A stretch of DNA of 62,966 nt, filler included, from Intoshia linei (Eukaryota; Animalia; Orthonectida): assembly GCA_001642005.1 (NCBI GenBank). It is 7 parts of 7 records of this genome, joined end to end, with 100 filler letters (N's around TTAATTAATTAA, not from the genome) between each part and the next. Parts side by side here need not be neighbours in the genome. Positions count along the whole stretch, not along the records: positions 46,676 to 57,488 come from LWCA01001234.1; positions 57,589 to 60,896 come from LWCA01002106.1; positions 60,997 to 62,966 come from LWCA01002455.1; 4 more parts are not named here. One strand, given 5' to 3'. This document shows, in pieces, positions 52,136-62,966 of the stretch (its first letter is position 1; each line of letters begins with the position of its first letter). Position numbers and translations under genes: made by a program. The notes under the pieces are model-generated. The model saw only the letters and a list, made by a program, of their open reading frames with translations, searched no databases and had not been told where the DNA came from.

Positions 52136-52837
52136 TTAACGTTTTCTGTGGAGTTGTTCCATGTTTCTACGTTTCCATGAAGCGAATCTGGATCCACCAA
52201 CAGTCTTTACATATCGATGTCCCTTTCCAAGTCCTCTAGATTTCTTGGTGGCAGAAGTTAAACCGTGCATCTCTCTGTGTTTTTTGACGCTACTACATAT
52301 CCAATTGGCTTTTGGATCATTACGAATAGCAGCATGGAAAGGATCAATTAAAATAATTTCGAAAAATTTATAGGTTGAATCTTGACCCACCCAATAAGAA
52401 TTTAGAACTCGAAGCCCTTTCAATTTTCGACCAGCACGATCCTAATTTGAAATTAAATTAAGTTTCATTAAAAATTACTTCAGCCATAGCTTGTAAGCTT
52501 CTAATAGGTTTAATTTCGTTTACACCATGATTTGTCGGTTTTCCATATGTTGCACCTTTTCGGCATTTCTTTCTTCTATTTCCGCGACGGATACGTACTC
52601 GGTATATTACATAACCTTGAAATTAGTTATTAGACATTATTAATTTAAAAAGTTGAAAAAAATACCTTGCTTGGCACGATATCCTAATCTTCTGGCTTTA
52701 TCTGGTCGACTTGTGTGTGGAACACGAACGACAGACTTTAGTTGACGGTATTGCCAACATCGCCATCTTGCCAAGTACCTCATCATTTCACTTTGTTTCT
52801 TCTTGTAAATTTCAGTTATATATGGATAGGCTCCCAT
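52136..52837 (-). CDS. RPL15: 60S ribosomal protein L15 (eL15), introns 52665-52616 and 52478-52442
   Basis: [24 protein letters not shown]|[19 protein letters not shown]..|..[36 protein letters not shown]. Confidence 0.97.
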
Positions 52838-53747
52838 TTTTTTATAAAATCACGTTATGTCGATAATATAAATAAACTTTATTGGTAATTACCATACACT
52901 ATTTTAAAATAAACTTTATATTTTTATCAATATAAATATTGCATGTTTTGAATAATGTACTTTATATATAAAGTTTATATGGCTTATTACTAGGTCACCG
53001 TTTCAAAGTTTTTAAAGAATAGTTCATGTGTTTACTTTTTATACTTTTTTAGTTTACCTAATCGTATGTTACATTCTATATACTAATGTATAATGTTAAT
53101 TTTATGTCAAACCATTTGAGATTAATATGCATTGCACATTGTGCAAGTTACACTTGCAAGTGTATCTTCAAAAGGTATAAAAATTTAGTTTCCATGTTAT
53201 CAAAAAAAGTTTTAGTCATTTATAGTATAGATGAGATAATTTTGATAACTTTTTTATCTTTGTTATTACATTTTTAGTATGCGATTGCATAATACAATTG
53301 ACATTTTTTTAGATTTAATTTCTGTACGAAGAAACTTACCAAATCTATCTTAAATTATCTAATTTTCTAAAATTAATTATAGTTAATTAAATTACTCAAT
53401 AATAATCATACAACATTAATTTCTAACCTTATTTTAACTGTTAAAGCACCCATATATTTAAATACATTACAATAATATTTTTAAATAATTCCAGACAAAT
53501 ATAAAACCAAACGCTTGATACTATAAATGAAAAGTTAATTTGAATTGTTATGTAAATGCTAAGTTAGATGAATTATACATTTAACTTCTTATATTTATCT
53601 GGATGTGATGAACTTTAAAGCTTAACAAATTCTATACACGCTTCATTGCATCTACTTCAAATAAAGTGCATATATACTTAACATTTTGTATATTTGCATT
53701 ATTGTTTTAAATTAATAAACTTTAGATACCTTCAAACTACATTCAAA

Positions 53748-54269
53748 ATGCGAATAGAAGATAAAAACCTAAAGTGTGACACGAGAAAATTATTTTATGA
53801 AAAATTTTCAACTTTTTACAACATTGTGGTTAAATGGTCTGGTTTTTACGTGAATCTGATTCAGGTACAGTTATATTTATTTTTTACAATAAATTAGGAC
53901 AGCTTTTACAAAAACCCAATTATCACTACAATATACTTGACTAGCGGTATTTTGTTATCTGGGCCAACTATGATGTTATTGATTTGTACAATGCTAAGTG
54001 GAATCATGATGGCGTGCGGTTTTTTATTGTTTCAGGGATTTTTAACATCATTATTTGTGATTGTATATATTGTAATTGGAATTTTAATTGTTCCGTGGTG
54101 TTTAATGACTGGCGTTTTAGTGGGACTTTCCTATAAATTAGCAATTAAAATAACTCACAATCCTGTAAAAAATATAAAAGACAAGAAACAAGTCAAAGAT
54201 GAATATAAATGTGGATTCAGCAGTATCGATAAAGACGTTGAAAATTATATAATGGCGAACGAATGCTAA
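53748..54269 (+). CDS. LDAF1: Promethin / lipid droplet assembly factor 1-like membrane protein, 162 aa, intron 53865-53897
   Basis: Spliced ORF with NPIITTIYLTSGILLSGP..GFLLFQG and an uninterrupted hydrophobic stretch of about 70 aa. Pattern resembles promethin HPF..SAVP..GVIILEG. Confidence 0.6.
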
Positions 54270-55083
54270 AGATGTAAAATCTATTAATAAAGCTTAATTA
54301 CATTCGTCATTAATACTTCTTTCATCAATGCTGTTAATAAATCAGACTCATCAATGATGAATTTTTTTAATAGTGAATTACTTTTAGTAAAGATTAAACG
54401 GCGCGCCGAATTACCACTTTTAAAAAAAACATCTAACCAAACGACATAAGATCTTGTTCACGGTGACGAAATTATCGGAACGTGATGCGTTACATAATTT
54501 ATCGATATTATTTATAGTGGCTCAGTTTAGGGTTAAAGTAATGGTTCGTTTTTGGTTATTTGGTTTACTAAGTTCATTTCTTGATTTTATTAACATATTA
54601 ATGACAAACATAATTTGACATTAAGTAATATCGACACAAAAAATAACGCAATCACTGAGCTAGGACATTATAAGCAATATGGTTCATATTAATTGTTATA
54701 ATAAATAATAATTTAGATTGTCTCTAATCAGCGGGACTATTTTTAATTGATTATATTGCGAATCATCATGTTGATTTTAATTCCAATTTAAATGGACATT
54801 TATGTTAATCATATCACGATGTATTTTATTAAAAAGATGCTATTTAATAATTAATTTTAATTAGCAAGTACATACTGAATTTGATAAAATTTCATTCAAG
54901 TACCGATTAAGTGAAGTGTTAATTGCATATAAAATAATATACGTTTTGTTACATCTTGAACGATTGTGATGCGACATTAATAGATTTTGAACAAATTTTT
55001 TGCACTTCAATAGTATGTAACTTGTTCACAATTTAAATAGCAGTTGATAAATATATTAAATTAAGATAAATAAATATATTATA

Positions 55084-55495
55084 CTAGGTTGATTGTTATG
55101 TACTACGTACAAACAGCACCTAGTTCTGCCGAGGGCACATTTTGATTAATTCAAATTTTTTGAAATTCTAGGTTTAATGTTTTCATTAAAAAAAGAAAGG
55201 TAATTTGGGGTTTTTGCCCTGAAGATATAATTTTTTTAAATTTAAATTTATGATAATGTTTATTATTTTAAAATCCGTATCAGCGTATATATTTATTTAT
55301 ATTCTCCAACTTGTTTGATTTTCAAAAAAAGGATAATTGTGCTTTTAGATCCGTAAGATATGAGTTTGGGAAGTTGAAATTTATTTTGCGAACATCCCCG
55401 GAAAAAACGGTAATTGAAATGTGGACATTATAAAATTCTAAGACTTGTAGTTATTGAAATATACGATAATACACACACAGAAAAATAAAGCATTT
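55084..55495 (-). mobile_element. Helitron-like family, internally deleted copy (3' end joined to 5' part)
   Basis: A|CTAGGTTGATTGTTATGTACTACGTACAAACAGCACCTAG then jumps to sequence matching 3965-4295. Another 3' fragment lies at 56614-56825. Confidence 0.75.
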
Positions 55496-56517
55496 TGAGT
55501 ATCGTATTTAAACTCTTAGTCGAGAGTCTAGACTCCAGATAGTTGAGAGGTCACTAATTTTCCTTGATTCTTTGAACGTGTGACACCCTAGTAAATATTG
55601 ATTAATATTAATATTATTTAAAAATTTTAATGGTTGATCGATAAATATACATAATATGTATTACATATGTTACAATGGTATAAATCATTAATTATGCTTT
55701 CATTTGAAATTTATTCTGGATTTTTATTTAATGATATGAAATGAAATAAAATTGATTCTAAATTATATAAAACATATCATTAATTTTGAAGCAGATATAA
55801 ATGTTTCCATACTGTCAGTTGCATTATACTAAGATTAAGGTTAATTTCCTCATAATTTTTATTGGAACCGATTTTAACATTTGTTTTTAATTTTTTACAT
55901 TTAATGAACATTGTATAATGTAGAATGTATTCGTTACACTGTTAAAGTATACTGTTATTTATATGGTAAATAACTATTAAATAACTTTGCATTTTGATAA
56001 TTATCAAAATGCCAAGTTACATGTAGTAAAAGTGTTAATTAAATTGGGTTCCAGAAACTGTAACCTAGATTTTCTAAACTATGCAAAACGTTTAGCTTAA
56101 TGTAACTGACATAAAAACATTTGGTTGTTGTAGTTCCAACTATACTATTTATATAATATTTTTACAAATGTAATTCAAAATGCTGGAAACTCGTAAAATT
56201 TTTTCAGGGTTGACAATGACCCAATGATTTATAAGTGTAAATTTATCCTATTATAAATTTTCGTCGTTTATATTATGAAAATGAAATTCTTATCAAAGTT
56301 AATCATTTTATAACATTGAAATCGACGTAATTGCTGAGAGTGAAACTTTGAATTTTATTATTTTTAAAAAAAAATTATAAATTCTATCAATAAATTATTT
56401 TTTATTATTTTGATAAATGTCTTGGGCAGATCACAAAAAGTGGATATGTATATTATTTATATATATACTATTATAATATATTTAAAATTATTATATATTT
56501 TGATTTTTAATATTTAG

Positions 56518-57223
56518 GGCAGTACCATGCGAAAACGTAAAATGTATGATGATTTTTTAAAAAAGATACCAATATTAGGTAATTAATAGTTAATCCGATA
56601 TGTGCATTATTAGTGACTGTTATGTATTGCGTATAAACAGCATCTAGCTCTGCCAAGGTCGGAAATTTTTAATGATACCAAAAAAATATACTGTAAATAA
56701 AAATAAGCAAATTTAACTTAAAAATGCTACTATTCACTATTATCAATCCTTTAACGGAGTGGTCCTTAAACGTGTTTCACCACGGACCGTCATTTCACAT
56801 TATATTTTAATTTAAAGTTAATTATTGCCATTATTATTGGTTATAATTATTATATATTTAATGGTTAAAAATCAAAATCAATTTTGGAGGAATGTCTATA
56901 ATCTGGACATTATTATAAATCATCATTATCATAAAATAAGTGATAATAAAAAATAGATGTGTAATAATATAATAATACATTTTTTTTGTTGGTTATATCA
57001 AAAATTAAATCCAAACAATGAGCTTGAATATAATCCTGATATATAGATACATATAATATACATAGATAAATAGAACAAAGCATATTCATTATTTATATTT
57101 AGAAAGCTTAGAACCATGGGAAAGGTCAACAATATCAGATGCTTTGGAACCATGTTCTTTTACTGATGGCAATACAGTAGTTAGTCAAGGTGAACAAGGA
57201 CATGCATTTTACATGATTACAGA
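56518..57223 (+). CDS. PRKAR1: cAMP-dependent protein kinase type I regulatory subunit, two internal exons (56518-56578, 57103-57223)
   Basis: [20 protein letters not shown]|[41 protein letters not shown] matches RI GSTLRKRKMYEEFL..ESLDKWERLTVADALEP; phases compatible. Confidence 0.88.
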
Positions 57224-57588
57224 AGTAATTTTTAACAATATTCTTTTTTAAATTCATTTTTACCGTAAATTAACGCTTCTAAAATGGCGCCCTTGAAACA
57301 ATGAATGTACAATAGAGTGTCCAGTGGACACTGTACACTAGGGTGGACATAATTTCCATATTTATGAATTTCTGATAGGACAAAATCCAAAAGTTTTTGT
57401 TTTGATTAGCAGACATAAAATCCAAAATCTTAATAAAATTCAAAAAGTTTATAAAGGTGCTCAAGGGCACAGAATATCAAATTATTATNNNNNNNNNNNN
57501 NNNNNNNNNNNNNNNNNNNNNNNNNNNNNNNNTTAATTAATTAANNNNNNNNNNNNNNNNNNNNNNNNNNNNNNNNNNNNNNNNNNNN

Positions 57589-57994
57589 CCATCTGGAAAT
57601 TTGTCTTTAGCCCAATTAATACGTTTTACTTTATGAATTGGCTTTAAAATTGGCCTATTCGTAGATTTTTTTACAGAAGCAATGGTTTTTAATACCCTAC
57701 AACGAGTATTTCTCTAGACATTGGTAATGTTACAAGTTGTAAATAATTTGGAACTAGTAGCAAGTGGTGTGGTAGATATTTCCCGCCTGAATTGAGATAA
57801 TTCTCGCGGTGTCACTACCTTTTTTCCACATTTTGACCTATCATTTTTTTTTTGATGTGTAATGAGCCCATTTTTTAATTGTTCGAGGGTCGCGTTTTAG
57901 AATTTTGGATATTTGAAGAGTTGTCTTTCCTCTGGCTAATAAGTCTGTTATTTGACTTTTTTTCGTCAATATTTAAGTTATTTTTTTGTCCCAT
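57589..57994 (-). pseudogene. Tc1-like transposase N-terminal remnant, cut by gap
   Basis: MGQKNNL..QITDLLARGKTTLQISKILKRDPRTIKKW..RPILKPIHKVKRINWAK with a frameshift and a stop. Confidence 0.75.
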
Positions 57995-58740
57995 TTTAAA
58001 TTTGCCTAACAAATTGACACACTAATTTAACTAAATAATCAATAATATGTGAATAAAAAGTTTTTTTACAAATTAAATTTAGTTTATTTAATGAATAATA
58101 TTAACATCAATTAAAAGCCACCTAATTACAAAAAAAAATTAAGTTTTCATCATTCCTAAAGTTTATTAGTAAATTAAAAGTAAGTAAAAGTAAAGTAAAT
58201 TAAAAATTTGTGTTACCGTCATAGACTATAATGCTTAAGACGTTAGTAGGATAACATTGAAAAAAAAAGTGTATTTGATCTGTATGAGATAACTTCTAAC
58301 AAAATATAGAATTCTTTTAAAAAAATTTTTTATAGCCCAAAAACATACATTTATTTGAAAATTATGTTAGTTGATTGTATATTGAATTTATAACGTCCAT
58401 TATTATCTGGTTGACGTCAATTTTAGATACACATTGTGTATTACAAAATTATCTCGATTATTATTAGAATGGTTTCCAAATGTGGTGCCATAAAAATTTT
58501 ATGATGCGATATTTTATGATTTTAAATATTTTTCACAATAATTCCGCCCACAACGTATTTGAGTTTGACATGACAGACTTAATGTATAGTATAAATTGTA
58601 TATAATATTGCAAAGCTAAAAAAGAAATAAATCTACTGTCCCTCAAAAATTATTATTATTTTTAAAGTTTATTTTGAAAATATTTATTTTTTTCAATTAT
58701 AATTTGACAAACAGTAAATAAGTTGTATTTTTATTTTTAG

Positions 58741-59656
58741 GTGTTTGGTGACCAAAGCGCCGCATTGTACGGTCAAGATTGTTTAGACAAAGGATCTGCG
58801 AAAATGACGTAAATATAGAAATTACATTTTTTGAGATTATTGGTATAGATCTGTTTCCACTACTTTTTAGATGAATACTTTGGATTTTAATGGGCACATT
58901 GTATGTTACCGTTAAAAAATTAAAAAAGTTCTAGAATTTCAATAAATCCATTTTTTCATATAGTTTTTCTAGAGTGATGTTTTATCGTAACTTCTTTTTA
59001 ATTTTTAAAAATTGAAATCATTCAGGTTAAAAACACAAAGGACCATACTTTTTTGAATAAAATAAGTCCTGCAATTAAAAAAACAAATTCTGGAACTGTT
59101 TTAAAATTATGAACATTCGTGTAAGAATCATTATGTTATAGTGTAATGGTTGAATTGAACCCGAAGAAATTATTTATAAAAATGGACTCACATTTTTTAT
59201 TGACCATCGTTACCGCCCGTATTACCCGGCCGCCATTTAAAAAAAATGTGACCGTATGTACGTAAGCCGCTGACTGGGTCTAACATATACAACGGGTTTA
59301 TTGGTACAGATTACAAGAGTCTAGTCTATAACCAACATTATTGAAAAAAGGGTCCAATAATGTATAATTGAAATTTTTTAGATTTGGAACTGGAGCATTC
59401 TTTTTATGTAATGTTGGAAATTCAGTAATTTTTAAATTTTTGATTCATTTTAATTTTTTTAGTTTAATTTTAAAAACAATGGAATGTTGTATACTGTTGC
59501 ATCAGCAATAGATAACGAGAAGGTATATGCAATGGAAGTAATATGATATTTAAATATTTAATTTAAAATAATTTAAATAGTCTTCGATTTGTTGTGCTGG
59601 TAAGGCAGTAGAGTGGGTAGTGAATAAATTCAATCTTGAATCTCCTTTGCATTTTG
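58741..59656 (+). CDS. GK: Glycerol kinase (FGGY family), four internal exons (58741-58808, 59382-59424, 59463-59537, 59581-59656)
   Basis: VFGDQSAALYGQDCLDKGSAKMT|FGTGAFFLCNVGNS|FNFKNNGMLYTVASAIDNEKVYAME|SSICCAGKAVEW aligns to GK GDQSAALVGQ..AKNTYGTGCFLLCNTG..GLLTTVAY..YALEGS..AG..W. Confidence 0.88.
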
Positions 59657-59695
59657 GTAACCCTATTTAATATATTGTATAATTACAGTCTATAT

Positions 59696-60596
59696 CAGTG
59701 CTTCTCATGGGGGTGACTGTGCACCCCAAGGGGTGAATAGTTTTATGAGGGGGTGAATACTAAAATTAAGATGATTGTGGGTGAATAGGAGTGAATGATA
59801 AATTTTTAACATATTTTATTCAATTTAGTCAAATATGTGAAAAAACCAAAATTTTACCAACCCTTAAGGAAAAAATCCCTTTTTACCAATATTTTTTTCA
59901 AAAATCTAATTCTACCAAACGTACAGATGAAAAATCTCTCTATCAGATACCAAATGAAAAAACCCAATTTCACCAACCCTCAAGGAAATAATCCTCTTTT
60001 ACCAATATTTTTTTTAAAAATCCAATTTTACCAAACTTTTAGATAAAAAATGCCTTTATCAGATCCCAAAAGAAAAAACCCAATTTTATCAAAATTTTAT
60101 ATTAAAATCTCTCTATCTGATTCCAAAAGAAAAGATCAAATTTAAATGTTTCGTGTACAAAATTGACTTAACCCTTTTATACATTCAGTTTAACCAAATT
60201 TCAAGATCAAATTTTTTTTAAAGTTGCTCATTAAATTGATATTCTTATTAATAAATAAATTATGGCAATCACAATTACTATATTTTTTTATTTCTGAATT
60301 ATAGTGGTATCTACAACGTAGATTTAAACATGTTTACTTTCATGAAAATATTGAAAATACCATGCATTATTTATGATTCGTGAAACAAACAATGAAAATT
60401 TAAAATGATGTGATCACGTGAAGACGTCATGTGTACTCATATTTAATTAATTCAGTAAATTTTATAAGTGCAAATTGTGTGTTATATTGTGTATTAACAC
60501 AATTATGACATGTCATAATAATTGTTTTATTGGGGTGAATAGAACAAAAATATGTGTCACAGGGATTGAATGCTCAAAAAAGTTTGAGAAGCATTG
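59696..60596. mobile_element. hAT (Buster-type) MITE, CAGTGCTTCTCA family, in a GK intron
   Basis: TIRs CAGTGCTTCTCA / TGAGAAGCATTG; perfect TSD GTCTATAT; GGGTGAAT subterminal repeats. Confidence 0.88.
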
Positions 60597-60617
60597 GTCT
60601 ATATTATTCATCTACAA

Positions 60618-60896
60618 CAGCGGTTCCCAACCTTTTTCGTGCCGTGACCCCAATAATATAATTAGTCTAGTTGATCCTTCTTCACTTCATTTTTTGGAGC
60701 TAACCAGTATTGGGCTAGATATTAAATTTAACTTATAAATATTTGAAACTTTGTGAGCATAATGCTTTTTATTTACAAATTTTCAATAATTAAATCACAA
60801 TAAATTGTTATATTTTAATTACAAAAAATATAATTCCAAAAACCAAAAAGCGTCAGTGTGAGGGTTGTGCTTGTTTCCGTTTCACCAGATCTGAAA
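60618..60896 (-). mobile_element. hAT Buster-group element 3' end, cut by gap
   Basis: TIR CAGCGGTTCCCAACCTTTTT at 60618; minus strand SDLVKRKQAQPSH* is the typical Buster C-terminus. Confidence 0.8.
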
Positions 60897-61146
60897 NNNN
60901 NNNNNNNNNNNNNNNNNNNNNNNNNNNNNNNNNNNNNNNNTTAATTAATTAANNNNNNNNNNNNNNNNNNNNNNNNNNNNNNNNNNNNNNNNNNNNTATC
61001 TTCCTCAAAAAGTTCTTCATCATCAACTGATTCATTGTTGTTAACGATTCCGACAAAATCTTCATCGGTATATGCTTCATATTCAACGAGCTCCACATAG
61101 ATAAATAATTATAACATTATCTATTATCTATAATTAAATATGGTTC

Positions 61147-62396
61147 TTACATTTTAGAGATTAAAACCAATAATATATAATAATTAAATTTAACATACCT
61201 GTTTTCGAATGTAATGTCATCAAGGTCAATTAAAAAATTTAGTAGTAATTCTCTAGATCCTAATATAGGTTCCCACGATTTAATTATTGAGGATGGCTTA
61301 ATATCGTTCCATGCGCTGTTCAATATAAAAATAGCTTCCTTGATATTGATTTTTTTGGTATTTATAGTATCAACAGGGGTATCGGTGTACATATCGTAAT
61401 ATAGTTTTTTTGCATATTTAGATTTCATAGAATATAATATGTTTTGATCCATCAGCTGTAAAACCGACGTGGTATTCGGTGGTAAATATACGATTTTTAT
61501 TAGCCCGTCTTCTGATTCTAAAGGATCATAAAATATGTGTGCAGGTGCATTATCCACAACCAACAATGCTGTTGCTGGTACATTTAAATTTTTTGAAAAA
61601 TTCTTTACTGACTCAACGAAATCGTTCAAAAAGCAGTTTTTAAATACTTCACGTGTCATCCATCCTTTACTTGATGATTGATATATTACTGGCAACTCTA
61701 TATTCTTGATAGAAAGCAGGTTTTTGGCTTTTCCTAATACTAATAATTTTAATTTATTAGACCCATCACTATTACTGCATGCCATTGCAGTTAATCTGCT
61801 CTTATCAAATTTAATTCCTTTTATTTGATGTTCATTTGAATGGTTTAATGAGCTTCTATCTAGTTTCTTACAATAGAATGTTGTTTCATCAGCATTATAA
61901 ATCTGAGAATCGTTTAAACCCATTTCAATAGATAGTTCTAAAATTTTTTCTTTAAATGTTTCGACCCCACTCATGTCCGCCGACAATGAGTCCACGGAAC
62001 ATTTCCTTAATATTTGCCATATCTTCTTTTAAATTTGTATAACCACCCTACACTAGCATTAAATACTGCGGTGGATGGATAAAAGATATTTTTGAAATGT
62101 TAGGCCTTCTCTGTAATTATTAAATCGTTAGTAGGTACGGATCTACATCTACGTTCTATAAACCAATAGAATGATGCCTCTTCCATTTTAGGGTATAAAA
62201 ATTTTCTAAAATTTTTGCGTTCCTTAAAATTTACATAAGACATTTTAGAAGAATTAATCAATTTATTCTTTTTTATGTAATAATTAGTACTCCTTGATAC
62301 TTCATATTTATTAGATAATTCAGATGGTTTCATTACACTATTAATATCCTTTAAAATTTTCAGTTTTTGTGATATATTTAAATACATTATGGACAA
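61147..62396 (-). pseudogene. pogo/Tigger (TIGD/Jerky-like) transposase, frameshifted
   Basis: CENP-B-type HTHs (QKLKIL..ELSNKYEVSRST; YPKMEEA..WF) and DDE_1 motifs QIYNADET, VDNAPAH, LPPNTTSVLQLMDQ; split into more than one frame. Confidence 0.88.
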
Positions 62397-62539
62397 AATT
62401 AAATTATAGTAACTTTTTTACAAATTTGAAATTTACAAATTATAAAGAAAAATAAACTTCAGATTTTGTCTAAATATCGTGAATAATTTAACATTTTGTC
62501 AAAATATCGTGTGTAAGATATCGAAAATAACCTGTATTT

Positions 62540-62900
62540 TTTTTCTGAAATAATTAACAATCTGAAAATTAAAAAAAATTATTCTGATAGAGCTTATTCC
62601 AGTTGATATAAACACAAGTTTCAACCCCAGAAATCTACCCATTCCCGGTGAAATAATAATTTTTAATATATTATCAACCAATATTTTTCAAATATTTCGA
62701 TTAAAATAAAAATTGAAAATGTAAATATTGATCCTATAATTTCAAAAAAAATGTGCATTTAACGTCTACACATTTCCAATAAAGGAATATGGGTGAAAAT
62801 TTACTTAAGTCATTCCTTCGCAATTTTTAAATTTCAAATTCTCATTTTCAAAACATTTTTATTATAACATTAAAATTTAAATAAGAAACAACAACGAAAC
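62540..62900 (+). mobile_element. Helitron-like family, internal fragment
   Basis: Matches 23190-23530 (tctgatagagcttattccagttg..aatgtaaatattgatccta). Confidence 0.75.
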
Positions 62901-62966
62901 TAAAAAACTTTTTTAATATCATTTTTATATTACAATCCTTTGCAATAATGGTAAAATTCGACTGAA

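Noticed and set aside
59750-60130. Semi-regular repeats resembling a CRISPR array; ORFs 59791-60046
   Set aside because: Degenerate A/T units inside a TIR/TSD-bounded MITE; no constant repeat with unique spacers, no cas genes, eukaryotic context.

Overview
Very AT-rich eukaryotic (metazoan) genomic DNA. Many GT-AG introns are only 33-50 nt, a few are large and filled with transposons, and motile-cilia genes are present. This is compatible with a compact parasite genome such as the orthonectid Intoshia linei (inference only). Six 100-nt gap linkers (N44-TTAATTAATTAA-N44) split the window into seven contigs, so adjacency across them is not guaranteed. Genes assembled by hand across introns: the C-terminal half of a divergent cullin-1, SAXO (about 699 aa), a Na+-coupled SLC4 transporter, EPC1, an orphan coiled-coil gene, ODAD1/CCDC63-114, a divergent Rab, a secreted histidine acid phosphatase (N-terminal half), RPL15, LDAF1/promethin, two PKA-RI exons, four glycerol kinase exons and a short secreted ORF. 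The rest is a dense set of transposon remnants: a multi-copy non-autonomous Helitron-like family, hAT elements with exact or near-exact 8-bp TSDs, and Tc1/Tc3, pogo, piggyBac and Ty3/gypsy fragments. The most notable observations are a Rab CC-motif terminal exon lying upstream of the Rab start codon, PKA-RI exons with no 5' partner in a contig holding three other genes, a shared target site for TAGGGTG-ended hAT elements, an integrase plus LTR embedded in a Helitron, and a host-sized intron in a Tc3-like transposase. No CRISPR array, tRNA or rRNA was seen.
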